A stretch of DNA of 58,126 nt, from the sequence record SRR31156797_5988. The stretch is one strand, 5' to 3'. Below the pieces are notes generated by a model that saw nothing but the letters and a program-made list of their open reading frames with translations, ran no database searches and was not told where the DNA came from. Made by a program: the position numbers and the translations under genes. Below, one piece after another: positions 1-12,169 of this stretch (position 1 is its first letter; every line of letters begins with the position of its first letter).

Positions 1-25
1 GCTCTCCCAGCTGAGCTATTCGCCC
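1..25 (-). tRNA. tRNA 5' portion, truncated by the window edge (Val-like; anticodon outside window)
   Basis: Reverse complement reads GGGCGAA-TA-GCTC-AGCTGGGA-GAGC: acceptor 5' strand, T8A9 and a complete D-arm. The isotype cannot be confirmed. Confidence 0.8.
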
Positions 26-137
26 CCAGCGATGAAGAGTGTATTTAGCAGGATAAGCCCTGCCAGTCAAGGAAAAAAGACTCTTTCCTTAAAGTATTCT
101 TTTAATAACGATCAAAGCAAAACACGACAACCGCTCC

Positions 138-2555
138 CTACTGTGCGGGAGTATTGTGTGAGGAAAGAGTAAAGTCGCTATAGATAGAGTCAAGGGACAC
201 ATCTTTGAATAACGCCTCCCCTTCCTTGGAAATCAATGCCTTCTGCAGGACATCGTTCACATCATCCACCAGCTCAACCTGCAGGCTTTCACGTATCTGC
301 TCAGGAACATCCTCAAGGTTAGGCTCATTGGCTTTAGGAACAAGCACCCTGGTGATATTACCTCGCTTTGCAGCAAGCAGTTTCTCGGTCAATCCACCAA
401 TGGGAAGAACCCTTCCCCTCAAGGTAATTTCACCTGTCATGGCAATGTTTCGGTCTACTGGTAACTTGAGTATCGCAGAAACTATACTGGTGGCCATGGT
501 AATACCTGCAGAGGGTCCATCCTTTGGAATTGCACCTTCAGGCACATGGACATGCACATCGATCTTATTGTAAAAATCAGGTTCAAGGCCGAGACGCATT
601 GAGCGTGATCTCACAAAAGAGAGAGCAGCCTGAGCAGACTCCTGCATAACATCTCCAAGCTTCCCCGTTATTATCATTTTGCCGGAACCAGGCATGATGG
701 TGGCTTCGATCTGCAGCAATTCACCCCCGACTTCAGTCCACGCCATACCTGTGGTTAAGCCAATTTCATCAAATTTTTCTGCAAGGCCGTATCGATATTT
801 TGGTACCCCGAGATAATGAGTTACACCATCTGGATTTATCTTATACTTCTTGCGAGTTTCCTTGTTCTTAAGCCCTTCCCTTGCAACCTTCCTGCAAATA
901 CCAGCCAAGGTTCGCTCAAGGTTACGGACGCCTGCTTCACGGGTATAGCGACGGATGATTTCTAATATCCCAGGCTTATCAATGGCAATCTGACGTTCAG
1001 AAAAGCCATTAGCTTCAAGCTGTTTGGGTAAAAGAAAATCATTGGCAATATGTAATTTTTCTTCTTCCGTGTACCCGTTAAGCTGAATAATCTCCATCCT
1101 ATCCTGCAGTGGCAGCGGGATCCCGTGCAAATTATTTGCAGTGGTTATAAAGAAGACACCGGAAAGATCATAATCGAGATCAAGATAGTGATCATTGAAG
1201 GCATAGTTCTGTTCAGGGTCAAGCACTTCAAGCAGCGCTGAAGAAGGGTCGCCACGAAAATCGACGCTCATCTTATCAACTTCATCCAAACAGAACACTG
1301 GATTGACGACTCCGGCCTTTTGCATTGACTGGATGATCTTTCCTGGCATTGCTCCAATATACGTACGCCTATGTCCCCGGATTTCGGCCTCATCACGAAC
1401 CCCACCCAAGGAAAGGCGGACAAACTGCCGCCCCATGGCCCTGGCAATGGATTTACAGACCGATGTCTTTCCAACCCCTGGAGGACCGACCAGACAAAGA
1501 ATTGGCCCCCTAAGTTTTTTTACCTGCGTCTGAACAGCAAGGTATTCCAGAATACGTTCTTTAGGTTTTTCAAGACCGTAGTGATCTTCATCAAGTACTA
1601 CTTCTGCTTTATCGATGTCTATCTTGGACCGAGACTTTTTTCTCCACGGAAGATCAAGGATAGTATCGATATAATTTCGAACAACAGTTGTTTCCGCAGA
1701 CATTGGCGGCATCTGGCGAAGTTTCTTTAACTCCTTGGCAACCTTATCTTTGGCAATTTTCGGCAGTTTCTTTTTATTTACCGTCTCTTCAAGTTCTGTA
1801 AGATCGTCACCGCCTTCACCTTGGTCAACCTCGTCCTGTATAACCCGCATTTTTTCTGAAAGATAATAATTGCGCTGGGTTGCGCTCATCTTTTTCTTCA
1901 CCTTGGTATGAATATCCTTTTCCATGGCAGAGAGTTCCATCTCTCTGTAAAGGATTTCAAGAACCATGGAGATTCTATGCGGAACAGACACTTGCTGCAG
2001 AATATTTTGCTTTTCTTCGGTTTTAAGCTGAATATGAGATGTAATCAGATCAACCAGCCTAGAGGGGTCTTCGATGGAGGTGACAGTATTAAACACCTCT
2101 CGAGGAATTTTTTTATTATCTTGAGCAAAAAGTCCAAAGGTCTTTTTTAACTCGCGAACGTATGCATAAACTTCCTGGCTCTGCGCCTCAACATCTTCAA
2201 CCAACTCAAGGGCAGCGGAGTAATAAATATCATCTCCACTGCCTTCAAGTTCAGCATCAAGAATACGCGCCCGGCTCTTGCCCTCAACCAGAGCCTTAAT
2301 TGTACCGTCAGGCAGACGGAGCAACTGCATCACCGATGCAATGGTACCAAGGGAGTACAAGTGACTCTGATCAGGGTCATCAACAAGGGCATCCTTTTGA
2401 GTAACCAAGAAGACCAAGCTGTTTTCTTCCATGGCCGTTTCCAAAGCCAGAATAGATTTTTTCCTGCCTACGACAAGGGGAGCAACCATCCCGGGAAACA
2501 GCACAATATCCCTCAGGGGCATGAGAGGAAGTCTTTCAGTGGTAATTTGATCCAT
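138..2555 (-). CDS. lon: ATP-dependent Lon protease (endopeptidase La)
   Basis: 805 aa; N-terminal [11 protein letters not shown] domain, Walker [10 protein letters not shown], catalytic PKDGPSAG; directly downstream of clpX. Confidence 0.98.
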   Translation of the reverse strand: MDQITTERLPLMPLRDIVLFPGMVAPLVVGRKKSILALETAMEENSLVFLVTQKDALVDDPDQSHLYSLGTIASVMQLLRLPDGTIKALVEGKSRARILDAELEGSGDDIYYSAALELVEDVEAQSQEVYAYVRELKKTFGLFAQDNKKIPREVFNTVTSIEDPSRLVDLITSHIQLKTEEKQNILQQVSVPHRISMVLEILYREMELSAMEKDIHTKVKKKMSATQRNYYLSEKMRVIQDEVDQGEGGDDLTELEETVNKKKLPKIAKDKVAKELKKLRQMPPMSAETTVVRNYIDTILDLPWRKKSRSKIDIDKAEVVLDEDHYGLEKPKERILEYLAVQTQVKKLRGPILCLVGPPGVGKTSVCKSIARAMGRQFVRLSLGGVRDEAEIRGHRRTYIGAMPGKIIQSMQKAGVVNPVFCLDEVDKMSVDFRGDPSSALLEVLDPEQNYAFNDHYLDLDYDLSGVFFITTANNLHGIPLPLQDRMEIIQLNGYTEEEKLHIANDFLLPKQLEANGFSERQIAIDKPGILEIIRRYTREAGVRNLERTLAGICRKVAREGLKNKETRKKYKINPDGVTHYLGVPKYRYGLAEKFDEIGLTTGMAWTEVGGELLQIEATIMPGSGKMIITGKLGDVMQESAQAALSFVRSRSMRLGLEPDFYNKIDVHVHVPEGAIPKDGPSAGITMATSIVSAILKLPVDRNIAMTGEITLRGRVLPIGGLTEKLLAAKRGNITRVLVPKANEPNLEDVPEQIRESLQVELVDDVNDVLQKALISKEGEALFKDVSLDSIYSDFTLSSHNTPAQ

Positions 2556-2563
2556 AAAACAGC

Positions 2564-3835
2564 TCAGGCACTTTTAATATTTTTTGATTTTCCGTACAAG
2601 ACAACAGGATACTCACCCTCGGTAATTACCTGCTCATTAATCACGCATTCAGTAGCATTCGCATCAGAGGGTAGCTCATACATAACTTCAAGCATTGATT
2701 CTTCCATCACAGACCGCAAACCTCTGGCCCCTGATTTTCGCTCTAATGCTTTCTTGGCAATGGCCTCCAGTGCCCCTTCAGTAAAACTGAGTTGAACTCC
2801 TTCCAGATCAAACAGCTTCATGTACTGTTTGGTCAATGCATTTTTGGGTTCTTTAAGGATGCGGATCAAGTCTTCCTCAACCAATTCTTCCATTGTAGCA
2901 ATGACAGGCAGACGACCAACTAGCTCTGGAATCAGACCGAATTTGAGTAAATCTTCAGGTTGGATGCCGCCTAAAACTTCACCAATACTCTTTTGAGAAT
3001 CACTGACCACTTTGGCGCCAAAACCAATTGCCTTGGTACCGGTACGTCTTTTTATAACTGCATCCAGTCCAACAAAAGCACCACCAACAATAAAGAGGAT
3101 ATTGGTCGTATCAATACGCACCAATTCCTGCTGGGGATGTTTCCTCCCTCCCTTTGGAGGCACTGATGCTGTTGTGCCCTCAATAATTTTAAGCAGGGCC
3201 TGCTGAACCCCCTCCCCTGAGACGTCTCGGGTAAGAGAGGCAGAATCTGATTTTCGGGCTATTTTATCGATTTCATCTATGTAGATGATACCGCGCTCTG
3301 CCTTATCAATATCATAATCAGCAGCCTGGAGGAGACTAACCAAAATGTTTTCGACATCGTCCCCTACATAACCGGCTTCTGTCAGTGTGGTCGCGTCGGC
3401 AATAGTGAAAGGAACATTGAGAACCCGGGCCAAAGTCTGCGCGACAAGGGTTTTACCGCTGCCAGTAGGCCCAATCAGAATAATATTTGATTTTTGCAGC
3501 TCGACATTGTCTTTCTCGTTAATTGGACCGGCATCAATTCGCTTATAGTGGTTGTGCACCGCCACTGACAATACGCGTTTAGCGAAATCCTGACCGATGA
3601 CGTAATCATCAATATGTGCTTTTATTTCCTTTGGCTTAAGCACCACCTCTTCAGCGTCAGGGGCAGCTTCTTCCTCGCCAGCGGAATCAACGATTATTTC
3701 GTTACAGAGCTCAATACATTCATCGCAGATATATACATTGGGTCCGGCAATCAGCTTACCTACTTCCTCCTGGCTTTTTCCACAGAACGAACAGGTACAG
3801 TTGCCTCCATGCTCATCATGGAATTCATCACTCAC
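2564..3835 (-). CDS. clpX: ATP-dependent Clp protease ATP-binding subunit ClpX
   Basis: Zinc finger CSFC...CDEC, Walker [26 protein letters not shown] loop; GTG start. Confidence 0.98.
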   Translation of the reverse strand: MSDEFHDEHGGNCTCSFCGKSQEEVGKLIAGPNVYICDECIELCNEIIVDSAGEEEAAPDAEEVVLKPKEIKAHIDDYVIGQDFAKRVLSVAVHNHYKRIDAGPINEKDNVELQKSNIILIGPTGSGKTLVAQTLARVLNVPFTIADATTLTEAGYVGDDVENILVSLLQAADYDIDKAERGIIYIDEIDKIARKSDSASLTRDVSGEGVQQALLKIIEGTTASVPPKGGRKHPQQELVRIDTTNILFIVGGAFVGLDAVIKRRTGTKAIGFGAKVVSDSQKSIGEVLGGIQPEDLLKFGLIPELVGRLPVIATMEELVEEDLIRILKEPKNALTKQYMKLFDLEGVQLSFTEGALEAIAKKALERKSGARGLRSVMEESMLEVMYELPSDANATECVINEQVITEGEYPVVLYGKSKNIKSA

Positions 3836-3837
3836 TA

Positions 3838-4440
3838 TTATTTCTCCCCGTCGATTTCCTCACGACTGGTCAACACTTTATCGATAATTCCATATTTTTT
3901 CGCCTCTTCGGCACTCATAAAATTATCTCTTTCGGTATCAGTCTCAACTTTTTTCATCGTCCGACCAGTATGATGGGCCAGGATGCCGTTGAGATCTTTT
4001 CGCATGCGCAGAATTTCTTTAGCATGGATGTCAATATCCGTTGCCTGACCCTGAAAGCCGCCCATGGGCTGATGGATCATAATGCGGGAATTTGGTAATG
4101 CAAAACGCTTACCCGCCGCTCCTGCGGCAAGTAACAAGGCGCCCATTGAAGCAGCCTGCCCCATGCAAAGTGTTGCAACATCGCAACGAATGTATTGCAT
4201 GGTATCGTAAATTGCCATCCCCGCAGTTACTACACCACCGGGGGAGTTGATGTAAAAAGTTACATCTTTATCTGGATCATCTGCCTCCAGAAAAAGCAAC
4301 TGCGCAATTATAACGCTGGCAACTTCATCATTGACCTGTGATCCAAGGAAAATAATACGCTCTTTTAAGAGGCGTGAATATATATCGAAAGCCCGCTCAC
4401 CACGCGGGCTCTGTTCCACAACCATTGGAACCAAATTCAT
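3838..4440 (-). CDS. clpP: ATP-dependent Clp protease proteolytic subunit
   Basis: [31 protein letters not shown], catalytic AASMG and IHQP; start moved to ATG 4440. Confidence 0.98.
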   Translation of the reverse strand: MNLVPMVVEQSPRGERAFDIYSRLLKERIIFLGSQVNDEVASVIIAQLLFLEADDPDKDVTFYINSPGGVVTAGMAIYDTMQYIRCDVATLCMGQAASMGALLLAAGAAGKRFALPNSRIMIHQPMGGFQGQATDIDIHAKEILRMRKDLNGILAHHTGRTMKKVETDTERDNFMSAEEAKKYGIIDKVLTSREEIDGEK

Positions 4441-4495
4441 ACGGGTATCTCCAAAATACGGTATATCTGTTGAGAGGCAGAACTGACAGGTCAAA

Positions 4496-5836
4496 TTATT
4501 CTGCTGCTTTGACCTCAGCAGTTTCCTCAGCCTTCTCTTCGGTGAGTTCGTCCACCTCGATCAAATTAGCTGCTTCGCGCAAATAGCCAAGGATTTTTTC
4601 GTTAAGCAATTCATTCATAAATGGCAGGATTTCTTCACGTCGTTTAAAGTACCCCTTAACCTCATCAACGGTCATGTTGTACTGATCAGCAATACGCTGA
4701 TATCCACGCTGAATATCTTCATCAACGACTTTAATCTCTTCAACTTCAGCAATTTTCTTGAGCAAAAAGTCGCCTTTCACTCTTTTTACTGCTACTTCTC
4801 GATTCGACTCGACCAGTTCTTCAAGATTAATACCGGCAGACTCAAAACTTAGACCGCTTCGCTTCAGGTTTTCCTCGGTCTGCTTGAGCATTTCCTGAAT
4901 TTCGTATTTAACCAAACGCTCAGGAACATCAAATTCATTGAGTTCTATAAGCTTATTCATAAGCCGGTCATCAAGGTCACCTTTCAAGGTCTCTTCTTTG
5001 GACTTTTCAAGATTTCTCTTGATATCTGCTTTCAGGTCATCAAAGGAAGCATGCTTCTCGTCAATATCTTTAGCAAATTCATCATCAAGCTCAGGCATCA
5101 GGCGAACCTTCACTTCCTTAACCTCAACTTTAAATTCAACTTTTTTACCAGCAAGGATCGGGTTTGGGTAATCGCCGGGAAAGTCAATCTCATAGAGGGT
5201 TTTATCATCCTTCTTCAATCCGATCAATTTAGCTTCAAACTCTTCTCCGAGGCTATTGAGCCCGACATCTACACTATAGTTCTCGTTACGTACCTGAGGC
5301 ATAGCCTTGCCATCATGGAATCCCTGAAAATCGACAACAGCTATATCGTCAACAGCAATAGGGTGACCTTCTTCCGCTGTCTGCAGAGGTGCCCCTTCTC
5401 GCTGCAATTTCTTGACTTCATTATCTATTTCCGAGTCAGAAACTTTGGTCACTGGTTTTTCTACGTCGACACCTTTATACAGAGAGAGTTCAAATTCCGG
5501 TTTCACATCGACCATTGCAACATAAACAAAAGTACCGCTCTCCGGAAAAGAATGCTCTGCAATTTCAGGATGTACAACTGGCTCGATTTTTTCCTGTTCA
5601 ACCGCATCAAAATACGTATCCTGGACAAGTTGCTCACCAACTTCTGCCTGAACCTGCTCCTTAAAATTTTTCTCCAATACAGTACGTGGAACCTTACCTT
5701 TCCGAAACCCTTTGAGTGAAACGTCCTTATTCAACTTATTATAGGCCTTATCAAGGTTCTTACGTACGAGTGCCTCAGGCAGGGTAATGGTCAGTTTTTT
5801 GGTCAAATCAGAGACATTTTCGACTACGATTTCCAT
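4496..5836 (-). CDS. tig: Trigger factor
   Basis: Ribosome-binding GFRKGKVP motif and FKBP-like middle domain; start at ATG 5836 (MEIVVENV) with AAGGA RBS. The longer ORF call overlaps the tRNA. Confidence 0.96.
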   Translation of the reverse strand: MEIVVENVSDLTKKLTITLPEALVRKNLDKAYNKLNKDVSLKGFRKGKVPRTVLEKNFKEQVQAEVGEQLVQDTYFDAVEQEKIEPVVHPEIAEHSFPESGTFVYVAMVDVKPEFELSLYKGVDVEKPVTKVSDSEIDNEVKKLQREGAPLQTAEEGHPIAVDDIAVVDFQGFHDGKAMPQVRNENYSVDVGLNSLGEEFEAKLIGLKKDDKTLYEIDFPGDYPNPILAGKKVEFKVEVKEVKVRLMPELDDEFAKDIDEKHASFDDLKADIKRNLEKSKEETLKGDLDDRLMNKLIELNEFDVPERLVKYEIQEMLKQTEENLKRSGLSFESAGINLEELVESNREVAVKRVKGDFLLKKIAEVEEIKVVDEDIQRGYQRIADQYNMTVDEVKGYFKRREEILPFMNELLNEKILGYLREAANLIEVDELTEEKAEETAEVKAAE

Positions 5837-5923
5837 GGACTGCAGTTCCTTTGTTGTCCTGCAATGATCGTTCACAGGATATTTTATTATGATCGGCGAT
5901 TTACTGTTCGCGTTATTTACTGA

Positions 5924-6009
5924 TGGTGCGAAAGGGGGGAGTCGAACCCCCACAAGCGATGCTCGCTGGATCCTAAATCCAGTGCGTCTACCAATTCCGC
6001 CACTTTCGC
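5924..6009 (-). tRNA. tRNA-Leu (anticodon TAG)
   Basis: GCGAAAG TGGCGGAATTGGTAGACGC; anticodon arm CTGGA-TTTAGGA-TCCAG; long variable arm; GGTTCGACTC T-loop; ends CTTTCGC-A-CCA; usual position upstream of tig. Confidence 0.96.
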
Positions 6010-6233
6010 GTTAACCGAGTACTAATAATCAACATAACTGCACACGTCAAGTAGTGCATTGCCAAAAAACATAGTTCCATAACAACTTTAAGAAGTTAGG
6101 TGCCAAATACCGCCAGAGAATGTGTAACCTGCAAAAACAAAACGACCTAAGGGTATGAAATACTATATTATTTCAATATGATTACCTTCTATTTTGAACA
6201 ACTGGAGGCAGGTCCAGTGATTCTCTAAAAAAA

Positions 6234-7397
6234 TCATCTGGCCGTACTTATCAGATAAGCCCCAAGATAGGTAAAAAAAAGAACGGCAGTACCGCTGACA
6301 TAAAACGCCCACTGTATCCCTAATATATCCATAGAGACCCCAGCCAAAATAGCGCCAGAGAATACACCGACACTCATGGCCAGGTTAAAAACACCCATCA
6401 TTGTACCTTGGCCGTAATGGGCCCGCCCTTCTTCCGTGGCAAGTGCTCCTAACACCGGCCAAATTACAGCTTCCCCTAAACCCAGAAGCATATACAGTAC
6501 CACCATCATCGTAATGGATCGGCCAGAGGGAATAGCCAGAATAACGGCCCCCATACACGAACAGCCTATTACCAGCAACATCGCTTTGCTGCAGCGGTCA
6601 GCCAATTTGCCAAAGGGCACCTGCATTATGGCATTAACAAGAGTACGGCAAGCAATAATCAACCCAATTTGTACCCCTGTCCCCTTGTGTTGGCTACTCA
6701 CAAGAAGTGGCAAAAAAGCCATCGTTGGCACCATCATAATCATTGTTGAAAATCTAGCAATCAACATTCCCATAGTTTTTCGACGACCGATCATCTTTCT
6801 CAGGTTATGAAAAAGGCCAAGCGGCCTGGCCGCCACATGCTGCGTGTTATACGGCATATTAACAGCTACCAGAGTCAGGGCACAGCCACTGAGAGCTGCC
6901 ATTACATAAAAAACGGCAGCCATTCCCCATTGGTCTGCAACAGCACCACCAATAACAGGCCCACACCCTATTCCGCAGAACAGGGCTATGTTCAAATATC
7001 CCATGTACCTGCCCTCTTGCCCTTCCGGGGCAAGTGACGCCATATAGGCCATGGCAATAGGGACAATCATTGCCGAACCAACGCCCTGGAATGACCTGAT
7101 AAGAACAAGATCCAAGACACTGGTTGCCTTAGGTATAAGTAACCCGACGATTGCAAAAACAACGAGGCCAGCCATCAAAAATCCTTTACGCCCCCATGTA
7201 TCAGACCAACTGCCTACAACAGGCTGCAGCACCCCTCTGGTTATAGAAAACACAGCAATAATAAAGCCGAGCGTAAAACCAGTTGCGCCCAAATTTTCCG
7301 CAAAAAGAGGCATCACCGGAATAATGATCCCCACGCCAAGCATGGCGGTAAATACGGTAAACAATACTGTTACCAGAATTTGTTTTTCCACTACCAC
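6234..7397 (-). CDS. MFS transporter (drug:H+ antiporter-like)
   Basis: About 12 hydrophobic segments; motif A GSWSDTWGRK and a second-half GKLADRCSK. Confidence 0.88.
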   Translation of the reverse strand: MVVEKQILVTVLFTVFTAMLGVGIIIPVMPLFAENLGATGFTLGFIIAVFSITRGVLQPVVGSWSDTWGRKGFLMAGLVVFAIVGLLIPKATSVLDLVLIRSFQGVGSAMIVPIAMAYMASLAPEGQEGRYMGYLNIALFCGIGCGPVIGGAVADQWGMAAVFYVMAALSGCALTLVAVNMPYNTQHVAARPLGLFHNLRKMIGRRKTMGMLIARFSTMIMMVPTMAFLPLLVSSQHKGTGVQIGLIIACRTLVNAIMQVPFGKLADRCSKAMLLVIGCSCMGAVILAIPSGRSITMMVVLYMLLGLGEAVIWPVLGALATEEGRAHYGQGTMMGVFNLAMSVGVFSGAILAGVSMDILGIQWAFYVSGTAVLFFTYLGAYLISTAR

Positions 7398-7695
7398 CTC
7401 TTAAAAAAGTACTTTTGGACCGGCTAACCATTGAAAAGGCTTGGGGAAACTGAAACTACCTGCGCCGCCTTTATCTCTTTACAACCGAGCGGATAATGAC
7501 AAGGGGCAACATAAAGCGATCAACCAAAAGACAGTAGTATGTGTCTGTCCATGAATGAGGCCTTTTGTTTACGTTTAGTGCCCCACCAACTTCCGAGGCG
7601 TGTTAAAATTATCCACAGCAAGAGAAGTCTTTGAGTGCAAACCCGCTACTGGGCAAAAGGACGTTTATTGACGGCCCCAACGTGTGACGTGGTTC

Positions 7696-10600
7696 TCAAC
7701 TCCCAGTCAACTTGTCATACACGCCCCAATATTTTTCATGCATAATTTGGCGAAATTGACCGGACAGAACAATGATACGCTTTTGCAAATAATAAAGAGT
7801 TGGAACCACAATTAAGGTCAAAAAAGTGGCAACAACAAGGCCAAAAATGACTACCACAGCCATTGAACGCCACCACTGGCTTGATTCGCTCACCCATGAT
7901 ATGGTCATCAAATGAAAGTCAAAGGAGACCCCGGTAACCATGGGCACTAAACCAAGAATTGTTGTTACCGCAGTCAATAAAACTGGTCGCAACCGTGTCG
8001 CCCCTGCAGAAATAACAGCATCTTTTAATGAAAACCCCCTTTCCAACAATTTGTTCGTATAATCGATCAAAACAATTGCATTGTTAACTACTACACCGGC
8101 GAGGGAGATAACGCCGACCCCTGTCATAATGATGCCAAAGGGCTGTTTAAACAACATCAGACCAAGAAATGCACCACCAAGGGAGAGCATTACAGAACTC
8201 ATGATCAGAAACGGTTGGCCAACCGAATTAAACATAGCCACAAGGATAAGAAAAATAAGCAGCAGAGCAATAATAAAGGCCTTGGTCAGAAATGCTTCTG
8301 ACTCCTGTTGGAACTCAAACTCGCCCGTAAATTTAACCGAATACCCGGAAGGCAAGTGCAGTGAAGCCAGCAATTCCTCGGCCTTTGCTCGTATAACCGG
8401 CCCGGTGGTCTTTGTTTCATCCACATTGGCCTTTACCGTTACCACTCTTTCATTATTTATCCGCGTAATATCACCAAAAGAACCGGCAAACTGAAATTTG
8501 GCAAGGGTTGACAGCGGCACCAAAACTCCTGTTGGTGCAGGGATTATCAGTTCATTAAGTACATCCACCACCTTTCGATCCCTTTCTGCCAACTGAACGG
8601 TAATATCGTAATCATCACTTCCTTCCCGGTAGGATGAAACATCGAGTCCGTTATATGCAGTTTTCAAAGCAAAACCAATGTTATCTGTGGTTAAACCAAA
8701 CAGAGCTGCTTTTTGGCGATCAATAACCACTTTTACCGATGGCGTCCCCTCACTGAAGTCATCCCGCACATCTTTGACATTGGGAATATCGACAAGAATA
8801 TTTTTTACTTTCTTTGCCAAGCTCCCCAGTACCTGAAAATTATCGCCGGCAATTTCTATGTTAATCGGTGCTCCAGTCGGTGGCCCCTCTTCTTCCATGG
8901 CTATGGTAATTTTTCCACCAGCAATGTCATTGACCCTTGCTCGAATGTCATCCACAGTTTCGTGGGTTGAGCGATGCCGATCTTTTAAATCAATAAAGCG
9001 CACCCCAACATGGTTAGGGGAATTGGGATCAAAAGCAGAGCCAGGGCCGGCGGTTACCACCCCTTTTATATAAAGATTTTTGATATTTTCCAGATCACTG
9101 GGGCCAAAGTATTTTTCACCAGATGCATCAATATATTCTTTAGGCTCCAGAGATCGAACATATTCATCATGATCAAAAGAATCGCTAGCAATGGACTGCT
9201 GATCAGCGCCGGCTACAGCCATTTCAACCCGTTTCATCACCCGGTCAATGTAATCCAGATCTGCTCCTTCGGGCACATCCACATTCACATACATCCCCTT
9301 GGGATCTATTTCAGGAAAAAACTCAACTGGCTTTTCCAGCCCTATCACCAAAAGCCAACCCTGTACCATCAGGATCAAAACGCAGATAGAAAAGCCGATT
9401 ATAACAAACGGCTTCCGCAAGGCAAATCGGAGGAGCTTAGAGTACCCCTTGAGCAAAGGCGAATCAAGCGACACAGGTTGCTCAAACGAAGCACCACCAG
9501 TTAGCGGTTTTATCACATCACCCTTTACCTTGATAAAAAGAGAAGCTAGTGCTGGGTTAATTACCAAAGCCACAAAAAGGCTTGAGCTCAGGGTCACAAT
9601 AAGAGTAAGTGGCAGATAACTCATAAACTCACCCATGATGCCGGGCCAGAAAAGCATGGGAGAAAAAGCTGCCAAGGTAGTAAATGTTGAGCCGATAACC
9701 GGGTAGGCAACCTCAGAAGTAGCCTTCATTGCCGCCTCAACCCGTGAGGCCCCCTGCTCCATAAATCGATAAATATTCTCAACAATGACAATCGCATTAT
9801 CGACCAGCATCCCCAACGCCAAGGTGAGACTGAACAATACCACCATATTCAGCGTAACCCCCATAACATAGAGCACAATGAAGGTCAGCAGCATAGAGAA
9901 CGGAATAGCCATACTGACAAGGATGGCATTGCGAATCCCCATGGCAAAGAAAATAACAATAACTACCAGGACCAGACCTGATAATATGTTATTTTCCAGA
10001 TCAGCAACCATTTGTTCAATTTCTTTCGCCTTATCCATAACCTTGGTTATCTGGGTTCCCAAGGGCCAGGTCTGCTGCCGTTCAGTTATTATCCGATCAA
10101 CTTCCCGGCTAATATCTATAATATTTTCACCAGAACGCTTTTTCACAGCTATGTTGACTGCACTTCTCCCGTCAAGACGGGCACGGCTGGCCTCCTCCTT
10201 AAAACTGTCGACCACCCTGGCTACATCTTTTAAATAGACAGGTTCACCGTTATGGACCCCTACCACCAGCCAATAAATTTCCTCGGGTGTTTTAAACTCA
10301 CCGGGTACGCGTAGGAGGAAACGACCGGAACCCAACCGAATAGCTCCTCCGGAGGTGTTTTTATTCTCACTCTGAACAACCTGCTGCAGCGTATTAAAGG
10401 TAAGGCCATAGTATCCAAGTTTATCCGGAAAAACCTCAACTCTGATTTCACGCTCCAACCCTCCGGTAACATCCACTTCAAGCACCCCGGGAACCGCCTC
10501 GAAATCATCTTCCAAATCATCAGCAATTTTTTTCAGACAGGGAAGCCCACAGGTGCCCGAAAGAGAAAAAACAACAATAGGCATCTCGGAAAAGTTAACT

Positions 10601-10992
10601 TCAAAAACCGAGGGATCTTCATCCAGGTCGGTGGGCAAATCACCCATGGCCTCGTCAACTTTATCCTTAACATCTTGTAGTGCCTGGTCAATATCTGTTC
10701 CAGTCACAAATTCTACATTTATATTGGAGGCACCTTCCGTACTCACAGACTGCAACTTCTTTAAACCGTCCAGTCCTTTGAGCTTCTTTTCAATCTCAAT
10801 AGTGACCGAGGTCTCGATGTCCGTGGAAGACACCCCCCGGTAATTGGTAGAAACAAAAACATTGGGAATGGTAATATCCGGATCACTTTCACGGGGTAAC
10901 ACCTTGTAACAGTAGGTGCCGAAAACCAGAATCAACACCCCGAGAACAACAACCGTTATGCTCTTTTTGACGGCAGTATCAGATATTATCAT
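7696..10992 (-). CDS. RND efflux transporter permease (AcrB/AcrD/AcrF family)
   Basis: 1098 aa; GMLVDNAIVIVEN, GVVVNNAIVLID and RLRPVLLT motifs. Confidence 0.95.
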   Translation of the reverse strand: MIISDTAVKKSITVVVLGVLILVFGTYCYKVLPRESDPDITIPNVFVSTNYRGVSSTDIETSVTIEIEKKLKGLDGLKKLQSVSTEGASNINVEFVTGTDIDQALQDVKDKVDEAMGDLPTDLDEDPSVFEVNFSEMPIVVFSLSGTCGLPCLKKIADDLEDDFEAVPGVLEVDVTGGLEREIRVEVFPDKLGYYGLTFNTLQQVVQSENKNTSGGAIRLGSGRFLLRVPGEFKTPEEIYWLVVGVHNGEPVYLKDVARVVDSFKEEASRARLDGRSAVNIAVKKRSGENIIDISREVDRIITERQQTWPLGTQITKVMDKAKEIEQMVADLENNILSGLVLVVIVIFFAMGIRNAILVSMAIPFSMLLTFIVLYVMGVTLNMVVLFSLTLALGMLVDNAIVIVENIYRFMEQGASRVEAAMKATSEVAYPVIGSTFTTLAAFSPMLFWPGIMGEFMSYLPLTLIVTLSSSLFVALVINPALASLFIKVKGDVIKPLTGGASFEQPVSLDSPLLKGYSKLLRFALRKPFVIIGFSICVLILMVQGWLLVIGLEKPVEFFPEIDPKGMYVNVDVPEGADLDYIDRVMKRVEMAVAGADQQSIASDSFDHDEYVRSLEPKEYIDASGEKYFGPSDLENIKNLYIKGVVTAGPGSAFDPNSPNHVGVRFIDLKDRHRSTHETVDDIRARVNDIAGGKITIAMEEEGPPTGAPINIEIAGDNFQVLGSLAKKVKNILVDIPNVKDVRDDFSEGTPSVKVVIDRQKAALFGLTTDNIGFALKTAYNGLDVSSYREGSDDYDITVQLAERDRKVVDVLNELIIPAPTGVLVPLSTLAKFQFAGSFGDITRINNERVVTVKANVDETKTTGPVIRAKAEELLASLHLPSGYSVKFTGEFEFQQESEAFLTKAFIIALLLIFLILVAMFNSVGQPFLIMSSVMLSLGGAFLGLMLFKQPFGIIMTGVGVISLAGVVVNNAIVLIDYTNKLLERGFSLKDAVISAGATRLRPVLLTAVTTILGLVPMVTGVSFDFHLMTISWVSESSQWWRSMAVVVIFGLVVATFLTLIVVPTLYYLQKRIIVLSGQFRQIMHEKYWGVYDKLTGS

Positions 10993-12152
10993 AACAAACG
11001 CTCGGCGGGGTCAGTGATCACTTTTACGATATTAACCCGCTGCCCCTCTTCCACGTCACGGTGCCCTTCGATCACAATTTTATCACCACCAGCCAAGCCC
11101 CTGGTCACCTGAATCTGCCACCCCTCAATGATGCCGAGTTCTACAGGCTGACGACGCACTTCGTCACCATCGACCACGTAGACGTATTGCTTATCACTGC
11201 GACTGACTATGGCGTACAGAGGAACCATTATGGCGTCCTCAACCTGCTCTTTGACGATATTGGCGCGGAGAAACATCCCTGGTAGAATTTCATGCGCTGG
11301 GTTTTCCAGAGCAAGTTCAAACCGATAAAGATAGGCTGTTGTTTCAGGTGCTGGCGAGAAAAAATGCGCTTTACCTGTGAAATGTTGATTGTCCAATGCG
11401 CTGATGGATATATCCACCTGTTTAACTTTTCGCACAGCAGCTACATCAGATTCAGGTATACCAACCACCCCTTTTACCTGGTCTAACTGGAGCAATTTCG
11501 CCAGAGGATCACCAACACTTAAAAAAGCACCGACCTTTGCATCTATTCGTTTGACCACACAGGGAATAGGTGCGGTAATGGTGCATCGAGACAATTCCAG
11601 CTCAGCCTTTTCAAGATCAGTTTTAGCCTTAAGCAGGGCAGTTTCACTGGTTTCCAAGCTAGCAGAAGGAATGACCTTTTTCTTCAACATAGCCTGGTTC
11701 CTGGTAAACTCGGATTTCGCCAGGGTGTATGCAGCTCTCGCAGCATCAAGGGCAATGCGATAATCATCTTCCTCTATTCGTGCCAGTACATCACCGGCCT
11801 GCACGGTGTCACCTTCTTCCACCAGCACCTCGACAATAGCTCCCTGAACCTTGGCCAGGAGATCAAGCTTAGACCAAGGCTCGATAGTTCCCGGCAGATT
11901 AATCACATCGTGAATAGTACGTGGCTGAAGCTGCAGTAAAACAGCGTTAACCAATTTTTTATGCTTAACATGCTCCTCTTTTTTGGCAGCTTCGAGTTTG
12001 GCTTTTTGCTCGCCTATAGTGCCAAAGAGCAGAAAGATAACCGCAATAAAGATGACCAGCGCAAGCCGCGGTAAATTATTCCATATAAAAAAAAGCAACC
12101 CGGATCGTTTACGCCCCTCTGGCTCGGCTCTATGATTATTTTCTATATCCAT
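10989..12152 (-). CDS. RND efflux membrane fusion protein (periplasmic adaptor)
   Basis: N-terminal TM anchor, lipoyl-like VEEGDTVQAGDVLARI, helical hairpin, ITAP motif; ATG 12152 has a GGAG RBS (alternative start 12173); overlaps the RND start. Confidence 0.92.
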   Translation of the reverse strand: MDIENNHRAEPEGRKRSGLLFFIWNNLPRLALVIFIAVIFLLFGTIGEQKAKLEAAKKEEHVKHKKLVNAVLLQLQPRTIHDVINLPGTIEPWSKLDLLAKVQGAIVEVLVEEGDTVQAGDVLARIEEDDYRIALDAARAAYTLAKSEFTRNQAMLKKKVIPSASLETSETALLKAKTDLEKAELELSRCTITAPIPCVVKRIDAKVGAFLSVGDPLAKLLQLDQVKGVVGIPESDVAAVRKVKQVDISISALDNQHFTGKAHFFSPAPETTAYLYRFELALENPAHEILPGMFLRANIVKEQVEDAIMVPLYAIVSRSDKQYVYVVDGDEVRRQPVELGIIEGWQIQVTRGLAGGDKIVIEGHRDVEEGQRVNIVKVITDPAERLL

Positions 12153-12169
12153 CTGTAATTCTCCATGGC

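Noticed and set aside
5837-5953. N-terminal extension of tig in the ORF track
   Set aside because: Overlaps tRNA-Leu; the RBS and family N-terminus point to ATG 5836.
5924-6234. tRNA-Leu as an island integration site
   Set aside because: Its 3' side leads straight into tig; no integrase or duplicated tRNA 3' end was seen in the window.
7609-7617. Perfect DnaA box TTATCCACA
   Set aside because: Single copy, with no box cluster, unwinding element or dnaA/gidA context; not evidence of an origin.
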